In this document: positions 45,510 to 55,799 of the stretch, piece after piece
Layout: each line of letters begins with the position of its first letter
Position numbering within the stretch: the stretch's first letter is position 1
Source: Saprospiraceae bacterium
GTDB taxonomy: Bacteria; Bacteroidota; Bacteroidia; Chitinophagales; Saprospiraceae
Assembly: GCA_020630955.1 (NCBI GenBank)
Contig: JAHDIE010000012.1
Coordinates: 5,142 to 69,141, forward strand
DNA length: 64,000 nucleotides
Direction: 5' to 3'
Translations under genes and position numbers: made by a program
Notes under the pieces: generated by a model
What the model was told of the DNA's origin: nothing
Seen by the model: the letters and a program-made list of their open reading frames with translations, nothing else
Databases searched by the model: none

Positions 45510-47114
45510 ATGAAATACATTCTTTCCATTCTTTTTTTCTTCTTTGTTACCATCCTATTTTCACAAGTGAAAGAAGCACCCATTGTTTCCGAAGGTGAAG
45601 GACCATACAATCAATTAATCATTCGTGGAGTAACTTTAATCAACGGCGCTGGAGCTCCGCCAATAGGTCCAGTAGATATCGTTGTAGAAAATAATATTAT
45701 TAAAAACATTAAAGTTGTTGGTTATCCAGGAGTTGAGATTGAAGACAAGAGACGTCCTAAATTAGAAGAAGGAGGAAAAGAACTCAATGCAGAGGGGATG
45801 TATATGTTACCTGGGTTAATTGACATGCATGGACATATTGGTGGCAGTTCGCAAGGAGCAGATGCAGAGTATGTTTTTAAACTCTGGATGGCACATGGAA
45901 TAACCACCATAAGAGATCCTTCTTGCGGCAATGGATTAGATTGGGTATTAAAACACAAGAAATTAAGTGAAGAAAACAAAATCACCGCCCCAAGAATTAT
46001 GGCTTATACCGTCTTTGGCCAAGGAAGCGATAAACCAATTAGCACCCCTGAACAAGCGATTGCATGGGTGCAAGAAAATAAAAAAAATGGAGCGGATGGA
46101 ATTAAATTTTTCGGACTTCCACCAAAACTTTTTGATGCTGCTTTAAAAGAAAACAAACGACTAGGTCTACGGTCTGCTTGCCATCATGCACAACTGGAAG
46201 TTGCTAGATGGAATGTGGTAAACTCTGCGCAAGCTGGTTTAACATCTATGGAGCATTGGTATGGGCTTCCAGAGGCTTTATTTGAAAACAAACGGATTCA
46301 AGATTACCCAGTAGATTACAATTATCAAAATGAACAACACCGTTTTGGCGAAGCAGGAAGATTGTGGAAACAAGCAGCAGAACCATTTTCAGATCATTGG
46401 AATAAAGTAATGGATGATCTGATTGCAGCAGACTTTACACTCAATCCTACGTTTAATATTTATGAAGCTAGTAGAGACTTGCATCGCGCAAGGAGGGCAG
46501 AATGGCATGAACTATATACACTACCTAGTCTCTGGAGATTCTATATGCCGAGTAAAATATCGCATGGTTCTTACTGGCATTATTGGGGTACTGAAGAGGA
46601 AGTTGATTGGAGAGATAATTATAAGCTTTGGATGACTTTTGTCAATGAATATAAAAACAGGGGAGGTAGAGTAACCGCTGGCTCAGACTCTGGTTTTATT
46701 TTTCAATTATACGGTTTCGGCTATATTCGCGAATTAGAACTATTGAGAGAAGCTGGCTTTCATCCTTTGGAAGTTATACAATCTGCTACCTATAATTCAG
46801 CAGAGGCATTGGGTTTGGAAGATGAGATTGGAAGTATAGAAGTAGGAAAGAAAGCAGATATGATCTTAATTGACGCCAATCCACTACAAAACTTGAAAGC
46901 ATTGTATGGAACAGGCGCTATCAAGCTCACGGAAGATAACGAAATCATAAGAGCAGGAGGAGTAAAATATACCATTAAAGATGGAATTATTTATGATGCA
47001 AAACAATTATTGGAAGATGTCAAAAACATTACGGACAAAGCAAAAGAGGCAGAAGGATTTAAAATTAATCAACCTGGGATGGATGAATTCTTCAAGAAAT
47101 ATGAAAGACCATAA
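45510..47114 (+). CDS. amidohydrolase-family metal-dependent hydrolase (secreted/periplasmic)
   Basis: ORF 45414..47114. The Met at 45510 gives a clean signal peptide (MKYILSILFFFFVTILFSQ). 'LPGLIDMHGHIGG' HxH metal site and a C-terminal 'GSDSG' / 'KKADMILID' pattern. Confidence 0.85.
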   Translation: MKYILSILFFFFVTILFSQVKEAPIVSEGEGPYNQLIIRGVTLINGAGAPPIGPVDIVVENNIIKNIKVVGYPGVEIEDKRRPKLEEGGKELNAEGMYMLPGLIDMHGHIGGSSQGADAEYVFKLWMAHGITTIRDPSCGNGLDWVLKHKKLSEENKITAPRIMAYTVFGQGSDKPISTPEQAIAWVQENKKNGADGIKFFGLPPKLFDAALKENKRLGLRSACHHAQLEVARWNVVNSAQAGLTSMEHWYGLPEALFENKRIQDYPVDYNYQNEQHRFGEAGRLWKQAAEPFSDHWNKVMDDLIAADFTLNPTFNIYEASRDLHRARRAEWHELYTLPSLWRFYMPSKISHGSYWHYWGTEEEVDWRDNYKLWMTFVNEYKNRGGRVTAGSDSGFIFQLYGFGYIRELELLREAGFHPLEVIQSATYNSAEALGLEDEIGSIEVGKKADMILIDANPLQNLKALYGTGAIKLTEDNEIIRAGGVKYTIKDGIIYDAKQLLEDVKNITDKAKEAEGFKINQPGMDEFFKKYERP

Positions 47115-47189
47115 CTCATCACTTAAAAAATCAGAAAGTTAAACTCCAAAACAATTTCAAGGCTAACTTTGTAGTATACAAAAGAAACA

Positions 47190-48158
47190 ATGGATATGAA
47201 ACGTCGTGAATTCATCAAAGGCTCAGCAATATTAGGAATGACCGTTGCAAACAGTAATCTTATTACCGCCAATTCTGGAATGTATCACGATAAATCTGAG
47301 AGAAAAATATATAGAATTTTAAGTGCAGACCGAGTAAATGTTGGGACACTTCCTGTTATGAGAGCATTTGCTGGAAACCATTTAGATTATGTTTCTCCAT
47401 ATGTTCTGTTTGATGAATTTGGGCCAGTTAATGTCAATCCAGGAGATGATCCACTTCGTGTAGATGCGCACCCTCATGCAGGCGTATCTCCTACGACCTA
47501 TTTCCTTGAAGGAACAGGACATCATAAAGACAGCTTAAATTATGACTTCCAAATAGGAAAGGGTGATTTTATGATGTTTAACTCTGGCAAAGGGGCTATC
47601 CATATGGAAGAATCGGGCGAAGAACTTTATAAAAATGGAGGGTCTTATCATGGCTTTCAAATTTGGTTAAATACACCATCTAAGTACAAATTCATGGACC
47701 CTACTACGCTGGTGCATCGGACCAATGAGATGGGGAAAATCAAAAATCCAAAGTATAGCATCAATGTTGTATTGGGCGAATTGGGAGAAGCAAAATCTAA
47801 AATAGAATTACTTACTCCTGCCTTTTTCTATCACGTAAAAATGAAGGAAGATAGTAGACTGGATATTCCAACTGACCCTACTCACAATGCTTTTATTTAT
47901 CAAATTAAAGGAGCAATTGAATTAGAAGGTGCTAGAAAGCTTGATACCAATCAAGTTGTGTTATTTCAGAGAGGAGATAGTCTTATCAATATCTATTCAG
48001 AATGTGAGTCAGAATTTTTAGTATTGGGAGGATTACCACTGGATGAAGTAGTTTACTCTTATGGGCCATTCGTCATGAATACTGAGGAACAAATCAAACA
48101 ATGTATGAAAAACTATCATGCAGGATTAATGGGAAATCCTGAATTGGTTAATTTGTAA
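47190..48158 (+). CDS. pirin-family (cupin) protein with twin-arginine signal
   Basis: 'MDMKRREFIKGSAILG' Tat motif. 'DAHPHAGVSPTTYFLEGTGHHKDS' pirin-type His cluster. Confidence 0.8.
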   Translation: MDMKRREFIKGSAILGMTVANSNLITANSGMYHDKSERKIYRILSADRVNVGTLPVMRAFAGNHLDYVSPYVLFDEFGPVNVNPGDDPLRVDAHPHAGVSPTTYFLEGTGHHKDSLNYDFQIGKGDFMMFNSGKGAIHMEESGEELYKNGGSYHGFQIWLNTPSKYKFMDPTTLVHRTNEMGKIKNPKYSINVVLGELGEAKSKIELLTPAFFYHVKMKEDSRLDIPTDPTHNAFIYQIKGAIELEGARKLDTNQVVLFQRGDSLINIYSECESEFLVLGGLPLDEVVYSYGPFVMNTEEQIKQCMKNYHAGLMGNPELVNL

Positions 48159-49121
48159 TTAGACATTAATGATAACATTACCTGTTTTTTTACCCTCAAT
48201 TACATAATGGTATGCCTTTGAAATTTCATCTAAATCATACTCCTTATCTACAACTGGATTAAACTCTTTTGCTTTTAACCGATTGATGATATAAGGAATT
48301 GAGTTTTTGGTTGAATATGGAATAGGAAATACAACCTTCTTTTTTACAGGAAGCAAGCTTACTAAAGAATAAAATAAATTTTGCGCATAAGGTCCTAATT
48401 CAGACGAAATATACACTCCACGGTCTTTTAGGAGAACCTTGCACTTACCAAAGGTACTTTTACCAACAGCATCAAAAAAATAATCATACTTTTCATGATC
48501 TTTTGTAAAATCTTCTTTGGTATAATCATAAATTTTATCAGCCCCTAAGTCAGCAATCCGTTCAATATTTTTTGAATCACTAGTTACTGTTACCTTGACT
48601 CCATAACATTTTACAAACTGTAACAAAGCAGACCCTATTCCTCCTGAAGCACCATTAATGAAGATTGCCTGACCCGGTTTTATTTTAACTTTTTTAATAA
48701 ATGTATAGGCATAATGTGCGCCTTCCAGACTAGCTACCGCAGTTTTGAAGTTTACCTTATTTGGAATTTGGAATAAATCGCCTTCAGAAATGCATGCATA
48801 TTCTGCTTGAGTTTCAATTCCTGTATCACTAAATCCAAATACACGATCTCCAGTTTTAAAATTATTTACATTTGTTCCTACTGCTTCTATGATCCCTGAA
48901 AAATCTGTACCTAGAATAACTTTTTTAGGTTTTGAAAAACCCAATACAAATCTCATTATGAATGGTTTTGCAGTAAGATTGGCACAATCAGTTCTATTGA
49001 CTGTTGTAGCTTTAATTCGAACCAACACCTCATTATCCTTTGGTATTGGCTTATTTAAATTTTCAATTTTTATTTCATTCGGAAGACAATATTTCCTGCG
49101 GATGGCTGCTCTCATTTTCAT
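48159..49121 (-). CDS. zinc-type/MDR family NAD(P)-dependent oxidoreductase
   Basis: GroES-like N-domain and a 'INGASGGIGSALLQF' Rossmann motif. 320 aa. Confidence 0.85.
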   Translation of the reverse strand: MKMRAAIRRKYCLPNEIKIENLNKPIPKDNEVLVRIKATTVNRTDCANLTAKPFIMRFVLGFSKPKKVILGTDFSGIIEAVGTNVNNFKTGDRVFGFSDTGIETQAEYACISEGDLFQIPNKVNFKTAVASLEGAHYAYTFIKKVKIKPGQAIFINGASGGIGSALLQFVKCYGVKVTVTSDSKNIERIADLGADKIYDYTKEDFTKDHEKYDYFFDAVGKSTFGKCKVLLKDRGVYISSELGPYAQNLFYSLVSLLPVKKKVVFPIPYSTKNSIPYIINRLKAKEFNPVVDKEYDLDEISKAYHYVIEGKKTGNVIINV

Positions 49122-49405
49122 TTTATGATCATATTAAAGCAAAGTTATTTCAAGATAAGGAGATACCAATTAGAGATTGTTTTAATTATACTAAACCAAT
49201 GGATGTTATGATCAATCAATATTATATTAAGATTGAATCCTACACCTCTATACTTGTTTTGCTCTTTCAATTACTTTTTAACAAAAACATAAGATTTATT
49301 AAGATACTTAACAACATAATAACCTATTCCATATACTTTATAACAATTTTATAACCGTCCACTTGATTTCGAAAAGGTAATTTGGCATTAGTAAAATTTC
49401 TGATC

Positions 49406-50446
49406 ATGAGACTACTTTCCATATTCCTAGGAATCCTTTTAATATTTGGTTGTTCGACTCCCTCAGAATTAATCATCGAAGGAAAATTAAATCAAGCTTT
49501 CAATAAAGCAACAAAGCAAATAAAAAGAGGAAAAGATATTCCTTCTAATACAGATGCTTTAAAAATTGCAAGCGAGAAAATATCTACCATAACCATACAA
49601 TATGCAAAGCAATACGAACAATCCAATCGATTAAAAGATTGGACCTATGCTCAAAAAGTTTACGACAAAGCATTAAAAAATATCCACAATGCAAATCAAC
49701 TTATAGAAGGTCAGTTGCAAAGCTCCTATGATAAACTATGTGATAAAAAAATTGATCTCGATTTTAAAATAACGAATCACTTTTACCAAAAGGGAGAAGA
49801 AATGCTAGCTGCTCATTACGAACAACTTTCCAAACAATTTGCTAGAGACGCATATTCCAACTACAAAGAATGTCTTTCTTTTGGTGGTGATCGATTCTTT
49901 CAAGACATCAATGAGAAAATTGAGGAATCTATTCTTCAAGGAACAACTTATTTTATCAGTTACAATTTCCAACCAACTTCACGTTTGTTTTTCCAACCGC
50001 AAAATCAGGAATCAATCGAATCACCTGATTGCGAAATTTCTGCAGATTTTGGAGGTATTCGTTTTTCTGAAAATTCAAGATCATGTACAAATCATTATAG
50101 TGAAACCATAAAAGTTGGTACAAGAACAGAAGTTGACACTTCAGGCAAAACTCAATATTATCCTATCTACAAAGATGTTCATGGATCTGTAACCACCACT
50201 ATTGTGACAGTGCAGGCAAGTGCTACCACTTATGTAAATGTTAGAAATGTGACTGGAGAATGCTTTAAGAATTCTGACTTCTTTAATAACTCTGTAGAAG
50301 ATTGCTATGAGATTGTTAGTTTTAGTGGAGATAGAAGGGCAATTCCATCGTGCTATGCCATTAAAAATGATAGTCATAAAGTAAATAAATGGGACCTGGA
50401 AAGAAGACTAAACTCTGAGATTGATTTTGATTTATTTGCTTGGTAA
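49406..50446 (+). CDS. lipoprotein, unknown function
   Basis: ORF 49382 (TTG)..50446. The Met at 49406 gives 'MRLLSIFLGILLIFGCS' (lipobox). Confidence 0.65.
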   Translation: MRLLSIFLGILLIFGCSTPSELIIEGKLNQAFNKATKQIKRGKDIPSNTDALKIASEKISTITIQYAKQYEQSNRLKDWTYAQKVYDKALKNIHNANQLIEGQLQSSYDKLCDKKIDLDFKITNHFYQKGEEMLAAHYEQLSKQFARDAYSNYKECLSFGGDRFFQDINEKIEESILQGTTYFISYNFQPTSRLFFQPQNQESIESPDCEISADFGGIRFSENSRSCTNHYSETIKVGTRTEVDTSGKTQYYPIYKDVHGSVTTTIVTVQASATTYVNVRNVTGECFKNSDFFNNSVEDCYEIVSFSGDRRAIPSCYAIKNDSHKVNKWDLERRLNSEIDFDLFAW

Positions 50447-50470
50447 ATGTTTAGCAACAATGATCTATAC

Positions 50471-53400
50471 TTATTGTTTTTTTATTTTAACAAACTGCAA
50501 ATAATCATTGTTTTTGGCAACAATAATATAGTCTTTCCCATGTATGGTAATTTCAGCTAAATCCTTTACATCCCCGGGAGCATAAAAACCACTTTTCCGA
50601 CCAACTGTAGGTTCAAAATTTCCATTTCCATCACCAATTAGTAATAAACCATTGCTTGCATCATTTCTAGGTGTCTCTACTTCAGAGCTATATAGATTAC
50701 CAGCTACGACCAGATCCAAATGTGCATCTTTGTTGAAATCATTTACGATTATCTGGTTAATGCTTGATAGTTGTGCCAAATTAGGCAATTGATGTGTTTC
50801 AAAGTGATCGGTTTTATTTTCTAGATATACACTCGCAAAAGATTTAACTGAATAGTGCAATGATTTTTCTAAATCACCTTCAGTATAAATATCAACCAAA
50901 GTAGCATTTGCGAATGATTCATAGTTTTTATATTTCACTTGTAGAACTGGCATTTGTTCTGAAGAGCATTGCCGGCCTCTAACAGGGAATTTTTTCCCTT
51001 CATTAAAATAGCTTAAAACGATATCATTGGTTTTATTCTTGTCGAAATCATTAAAATATATATCAAAGGTTTCATCTTCATTCGCTTTGTATTTATAATT
51101 GAGACCAAGATTACCTACTATATAATCCAAATCTCCATCTTCATCAAAGTCCCCTTCTCTCAAACTAAACCACCATCCAGTTGTATTTTCTAATCCCAAA
51201 TCTGCAGTAATGTTCTCAAATTTATTGTCGACATTTTTAAATACAGTAATTGGCATCCATTCACCCGCAATAATTAAATCAATTGCTCCATCATCGTTAA
51301 AATCAGACCAACTTGCACTGGTTACCATACCAATATTTTTTAAACCTGGAGCTATCTCTTCCGTAACATCGATAAATTTCGCACCGTCGCTTGTGCTTAC
51401 ATTCTCGAGAATATAGCTATCTGTGGGAGAAGGATAATTGCCAGGAACCAATCTTCCTCCGACAAATAAATCCAAGTCTCCGTCTTTGTCAAAATCTGCG
51501 CTTTGTACTCTAGAGCCACTGGTTAACATTTTTGGCAAAGAAGATTCATCCTTTGTAAACTCACCATTTCCATTGTTTATATAGAGTCGATCTTGTAACA
51601 TATGCGTTGCATTCGCAAACTCATTCCCTCCACTAACCATATAAATATCCAGATCCCCATCTCCATCGGCATCAAAAATTAAACTTCCCAAATCCTCATG
51701 ATATTTATCTGCTGTGAGTGCAGGAAAATCTTGCTTTTTAAATCCTTCGTCGGTTTGAAAATAAACTCCTGTTTCACTATTCATTGCACCACCTATAACA
51801 AAATCATCCAATTGATCCCCATTCAAATCGCCGACTGAAATACCTGGGCCAAACATTGAGGTTTTATGAGGAAGTAATATCTCATTGACAAAGTCATCAA
51901 AGCGGTTTTCAACATGCTTATGTTCGATCGAAATGTTTTTATCCTTCTCTGTTTCAAATAGGAGCTCTGAAACTTCTTCATTCGATCGGGCTAATGAATT
52001 GGCGTCTTGATAATCAATTGTTATAGCTTGGTTCGCTAAAACATTTTCAAGAACACTAATTTTACCATCTGGCCAATTTACTTTTATGGATTCAATGGTA
52101 TCAATTCTACCCAATCCAAAGTGCAGCTGAGGTGCTACAGAAGATTGAAATCCACGTGAAAGTGTCAGCTCTTGATATTGTGTGGTACCTGAGGCAAATA
52201 AACTAACTTTGACGCCAACCCCAAATACATTTTTGTCAGTGCCATTAAAATTTAGGATAAGGTAATTGTTTACATTAGAAGCATTATTTTCAAAAATAGA
52301 AGCATGATCATCAATATTGTTTGTTACAATATCCATATCACCATCATTGTCTAAGTCCACATACACACAACCGTTAGACCATCCTTCAAACTTTAGATTC
52401 CACGCCTCATTAACTTGCTCGAAGGTGAGATCCCCTTTATTTCTATATACAAAATTGTCTATTCTTTCCTCAGGTATTGCAAGGCTGCGATGTAAAGAAC
52501 TATCCGCTTTGTTTTTTAATTTCTTCCATGCATTAAAGTAATCTTTGTTATTAATTTCTCTTCTTGTTCCATTGGAAATAAATAAATCTTTCCATCCATC
52601 ATTATCCAGATCCACCAACAATGGGCCCCAACTCCAATCCGTTGAAGAGACACCTGCTAATCTTGAAATATTACTAAAATCTGGCATATTCTCATTGATT
52701 GTACCATTGTTCAGCTGTAGGCTATTTTGCATATATTGATAGTGAAAACCTGAATTAACCGTATTCCAAAATAAGGATGGATTCATGCTTGCCATATTTG
52801 CTTTGGATCTTCGGTTATTTTGAGCAGTCATATCAACTTGAAAGATATCGAGTAATTGATCATTGTTGATATCTGCAATATCTACACCCATACCGTAAAA
52901 AGAAGTATTCTTTAGTATAGTGCGGCTTTGTTCTGAAAAGGTACCATCTTGATTATTTATATAAAAGAAGTCAGGTGTACTAAAATCGTTTGATACATAA
53001 AGGTCGGGCCAGCCATCTTGATTTAAATCTCCTACCGTGGCACTTAGTGAAAGACCGAATGTTTTTAAACCTGCTTCTTCTGTTACTTTCGTAAATTTTT
53101 CTCCGTCGTTTCTGTATAAATTATCTGTTTCTAAATCTTTTACATTTGTTCTTTTGGCTTGATAATAACTATTTGGTGCATCGAAACGAGTAGGAGGATA
53201 ATTGGCAACATAAAGGTCTAAATCTCCATCTAAATCATAATCGAAAAAAGTACCTTGGACACTATTACCTAAATCGTTAATACCATATTCTCTTGCCTTA
53301 TTTGTAAAAGTATTGTCTTTATTATTTATGAACAGCATATTTTCTTTTGGGTCGAATTTTCCACCCACGGAACAGTAAATATCTAAGTAACCATCATTAT

Positions 53401-53770
53401 TAACGTCAGCCATGGTGACTCCAGTGAACCATCGATTATCCCCTGCTACTCCTGCCGTCTCAGAAATATCTTCGAATTCCATGTTGCCTTTGTTCAGATA
53501 CAATTTATTAGGCACCATGTTACCTGTAAAATATAAATCAATCAATCCATCATTATTTATATCACCTGCAGAAACTCCACCGCCCATATATAAATATGAA
53601 AAAGTAAAGTAATTCAAACTGTCATTTTCTGTTAGAGTATTGGCAAATTGAATATTGGATTTTGCTGGGCTAATTGAATCAAAAAGGGCTGTATTTTCTG
53701 CAAGTTTATCATTACTACAAGACACATGGAGTAATGTTAATAGAAATAGAGTAATCTTAAATTTTTGCAT
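50471..53770 (-). CDS. VCBS/FG-GAP repeat protein with ASPIC/UnbV-like domain (CRTAC1-like)
   Basis: Lipoprotein-like signal ('LLHVSCS'). Many 'D.N.DG..D.y' FG-GAP/VCBS Ca-binding repeats in two blocks. The mid-protein 'GFQSSVAPQLHFGLG' region resembles ASPIC/UnbV. Confidence 0.88.
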   Translation of the reverse strand: MQKFKITLFLLTLLHVSCSNDKLAENTALFDSISPAKSNIQFANTLTENDSLNYFTFSYLYMGGGVSAGDINNDGLIDLYFTGNMVPNKLYLNKGNMEFEDISETAGVAGDNRWFTGVTMADVNNDGYLDIYCSVGGKFDPKENMLFINNKDNTFTNKAREYGINDLGNSVQGTFFDYDLDGDLDLYVANYPPTRFDAPNSYYQAKRTNVKDLETDNLYRNDGEKFTKVTEEAGLKTFGLSLSATVGDLNQDGWPDLYVSNDFSTPDFFYINNQDGTFSEQSRTILKNTSFYGMGVDIADINNDQLLDIFQVDMTAQNNRRSKANMASMNPSLFWNTVNSGFHYQYMQNSLQLNNGTINENMPDFSNISRLAGVSSTDWSWGPLLVDLDNDGWKDLFISNGTRREINNKDYFNAWKKLKNKADSSLHRSLAIPEERIDNFVYRNKGDLTFEQVNEAWNLKFEGWSNGCVYVDLDNDGDMDIVTNNIDDHASIFENNASNVNNYLILNFNGTDKNVFGVGVKVSLFASGTTQYQELTLSRGFQSSVAPQLHFGLGRIDTIESIKVNWPDGKISVLENVLANQAITIDYQDANSLARSNEEVSELLFETEKDKNISIEHKHVENRFDDFVNEILLPHKTSMFGPGISVGDLNGDQLDDFVIGGAMNSETGVYFQTDEGFKKQDFPALTADKYHEDLGSLIFDADGDGDLDIYMVSGGNEFANATHMLQDRLYINNGNGEFTKDESSLPKMLTSGSRVQSADFDKDGDLDLFVGGRLVPGNYPSPTDSYILENVSTSDGAKFIDVTEEIAPGLKNIGMVTSASWSDFNDDGAIDLIIAGEWMPITVFKNVDNKFENITADLGLENTTGWWFSLREGDFDEDGDLDYIVGNLGLNYKYKANEDETFDIYFNDFDKNKTNDIVLSYFNEGKKFPVRGRQCSSEQMPVLQVKYKNYESFANATLVDIYTEGDLEKSLHYSVKSFASVYLENKTDHFETHQLPNLAQLSSINQIIVNDFNKDAHLDLVVAGNLYSSEVETPRNDASNGLLLIGDGNGNFEPTVGRKSGFYAPGDVKDLAEITIHGKDYIIVAKNNDYLQFVKIKKQ

Positions 53771-53810
53771 ATGTTCATACTTTACTCAGCGTATCACTGA
53801 TTCCCAATTA

Positions 53811-53818
53811 CAAATTTA
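53811..53818 (-). promoter_or_regulatory. candidate -7 box (TAAATTTG on minus strand) for the VCBS gene
   Basis: CAAATTTA on the + strand, 41 nt upstream of the ATG at 53770. No clear -33 TTTG. Confidence 0.25.
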
Positions 53819-53976
53819 GAGAATATAATCAACCATCTAAATGTCTGGTTCTGTTAGAATTCAAAATTCTATTTTTTTATTCTTTAAATATTAATTCATA
53901 TTGAAAAAATACGTTTGTTCAGCCGGTTCAAATTTGCGGAAGCATAAAAAGTGAAATAAATAATTTAGACCTTACT

Positions 53977-54017
53977 ATAAAAACAGAATCCATTAAAAAT
54001 TAATTCAATGGATTCTG
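53977..54017 (-). terminator. rho-independent terminator downstream of susD-like gene
   Basis: CAGAATCCATT / AATGGATTCTG 11-bp perfect stem with a 12-nt loop, followed on the minus strand by a U-run. Confidence 0.7.
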
Positions 54018-54089
54018 AAATTTAGTTACTATGGGTGTTAGAAATCCACATGCTTAAAGTTGTGGCTTCATTATGAAAATCAATAATTT

Positions 54090-55784
54090 TTAATACCCAG
54101 GATTTTGCGTTAAAACTCCACCACTTAAATCAATTGCCTCAAGTGGTATTGGGAATAAATCATGCTTATCTTCATAAGGGCTTACTTTTTCACCAAAGTT
54201 TGTGATAGTTCTTGCTTCATTAGAAAAATAATCGGTCAAAACTTGTTTAGCATTACCCCATCTTCTAAGGTCATACAATCTATGTCCTTCCATTCCTAAT
54301 TCTACTCTTCTTTCAAATCTAACAGCTTTTCTTGCCATGTCAGCATCTGAAAAAGAAGGATAAAGATCGATAACGTAGTTAGCAGCATCACCACTACCAT
54401 CAACAGCTTGCATATAACTAGAGTTCATTGCTCTTTCTCTAACTCTATTTACATTCGCCAAAGCAGTTCCTAAATCACCAGTTTCAACTGCAGCTTCAGC
54501 AGCCATTAATAATACATCTGCAAATCTAATCACATTGTAATTAACTCCAGATAATTGCTGACCCCAGCCTCCTGTAGCTTGAGTATTACTAGCATCATCT
54601 GCCCAGTAAACATTTTTCTTTGGCAAATAAGGTCCAGAAATATCCGCAAATGTTGCACGAATCCAATCGGATCCAACATGAGGGCCGTAACCATTGTAAT
54701 CAATTCCTCGACGACCAACAGTATAATCAGCTCTTGGGTCAAGATTTCCAGTATGAAGAGTAAATGGCTCAGATGATAGAACACCGTAATCACTTGCTAC
54801 ATCTTGATTATTGTAAGTATCTAACAATGGTAAACCAGAATCATCCGTTTGGAAAGAATTCAATAAATCTTGAGTCGGTTGGTAAAACCCACAGCAAGAA
54901 CCAAATGGACCTGGGTTAGGAAAATTCAGTGCACCTGTTGAATTAGCATTGAAAGATTGTCCTCCATCAGTTGTAAATTGAATTGCAAACAAAGACTCTA
55001 CACCATTTTCTCCATTTGATCTGAAGTTATGAACGTATTCAGGAAGAAGGTCATAAGGACCATTATCCACTACATCATTTAATAAAGAAGAAGCGTCACT
55101 CCACTTAGATTGATACAAGTAGGTTTTACCTAAATATGCTTTTGCAACCCAAGAATTTGGTCTTCCTGGTTCAGCCTGACTATCTGGAAGGCTATTCATT
55201 GCAAAATCAAAATCAGCTTCAATCTGAGCCCAAATATCACCTGGATTTGGCTGATTAAATTCAGTATTAGAATAATTTTCATCTGAGATATAAGGAACAT
55301 TTCCAAACATCGTTTGAAGTTGGAAATTCCAGTGAGCTCTTAAGAATCTTGCTTCAGCCAATTGAGATGACAAATCAGCTCCTTCGACTTTATTGATTAA
55401 ATCAATAACAGCATTAGCTCTGTTGATACCAGCAAATAAAACACCCCACTTGGCTGACCAGTAACCATTACCAGTAGCCCAGTTCATCAATTCAATCTCT
55501 TTAAGATCGGCTTGATCATCATCGGTACTTCCTTTGTGAGCATCATCAGACAATACATCACTAACCCAATTATCTGCGGCCAATCCCCAGCCGTTTCCAA
55601 AACCATTTGCTCTTTGAGCATTTAATGAAGAGTATGCACCTGTTAACAACAGATTTACACCGGTTTCATTTTGTAAGGCATCATCGCTTAACGCCCCGAT
55701 TGCAGGAGTAGTAGTAAATTCATCTGAACAAGAAACTACACCAAGCAATACCAATAAGACAATAAATATATTTCTCATTATCAT
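54090..55784 (-). CDS. susD: SusD/RagB-family nutrient-binding outer-membrane lipoprotein
   Basis: Lipobox 'GVVSC', a TPR-like helical N-half, 'RFERRVELGMEGHRLYDLRRWG' SusD signature, and a position directly downstream of SusC. Confidence 0.92.
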   Translation of the reverse strand: MIMRNIFIVLLVLLGVVSCSDEFTTTPAIGALSDDALQNETGVNLLLTGAYSSLNAQRANGFGNGWGLAADNWVSDVLSDDAHKGSTDDDQADLKEIELMNWATGNGYWSAKWGVLFAGINRANAVIDLINKVEGADLSSQLAEARFLRAHWNFQLQTMFGNVPYISDENYSNTEFNQPNPGDIWAQIEADFDFAMNSLPDSQAEPGRPNSWVAKAYLGKTYLYQSKWSDASSLLNDVVDNGPYDLLPEYVHNFRSNGENGVESLFAIQFTTDGGQSFNANSTGALNFPNPGPFGSCCGFYQPTQDLLNSFQTDDSGLPLLDTYNNQDVASDYGVLSSEPFTLHTGNLDPRADYTVGRRGIDYNGYGPHVGSDWIRATFADISGPYLPKKNVYWADDASNTQATGGWGQQLSGVNYNVIRFADVLLMAAEAAVETGDLGTALANVNRVRERAMNSSYMQAVDGSGDAANYVIDLYPSFSDADMARKAVRFERRVELGMEGHRLYDLRRWGNAKQVLTDYFSNEARTITNFGEKVSPYEDKHDLFPIPLEAIDLSGGVLTQNPGY

Positions 55785-55799
55785 TAAATTTTTATTTTA

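Noticed and set aside
48156-48161. Convergent pirin and MDR genes whose stop codons abut with zero intergenic bases and no terminator.
   Set aside because: It is real in the sequence but not unusual in compact genomes, and no further structure was seen. It would matter only if transcriptional interference were demonstrated.
49040-49354. 104-aa + strand ORF spanning the start of the MDR oxidoreductase gene and the following AT-rich gap.
   Set aside because: Low-complexity Ile/Leu/Phe/Asn-rich translation typical of AT-rich non-coding DNA. It overlaps the 5' end of a supported gene on the other strand.
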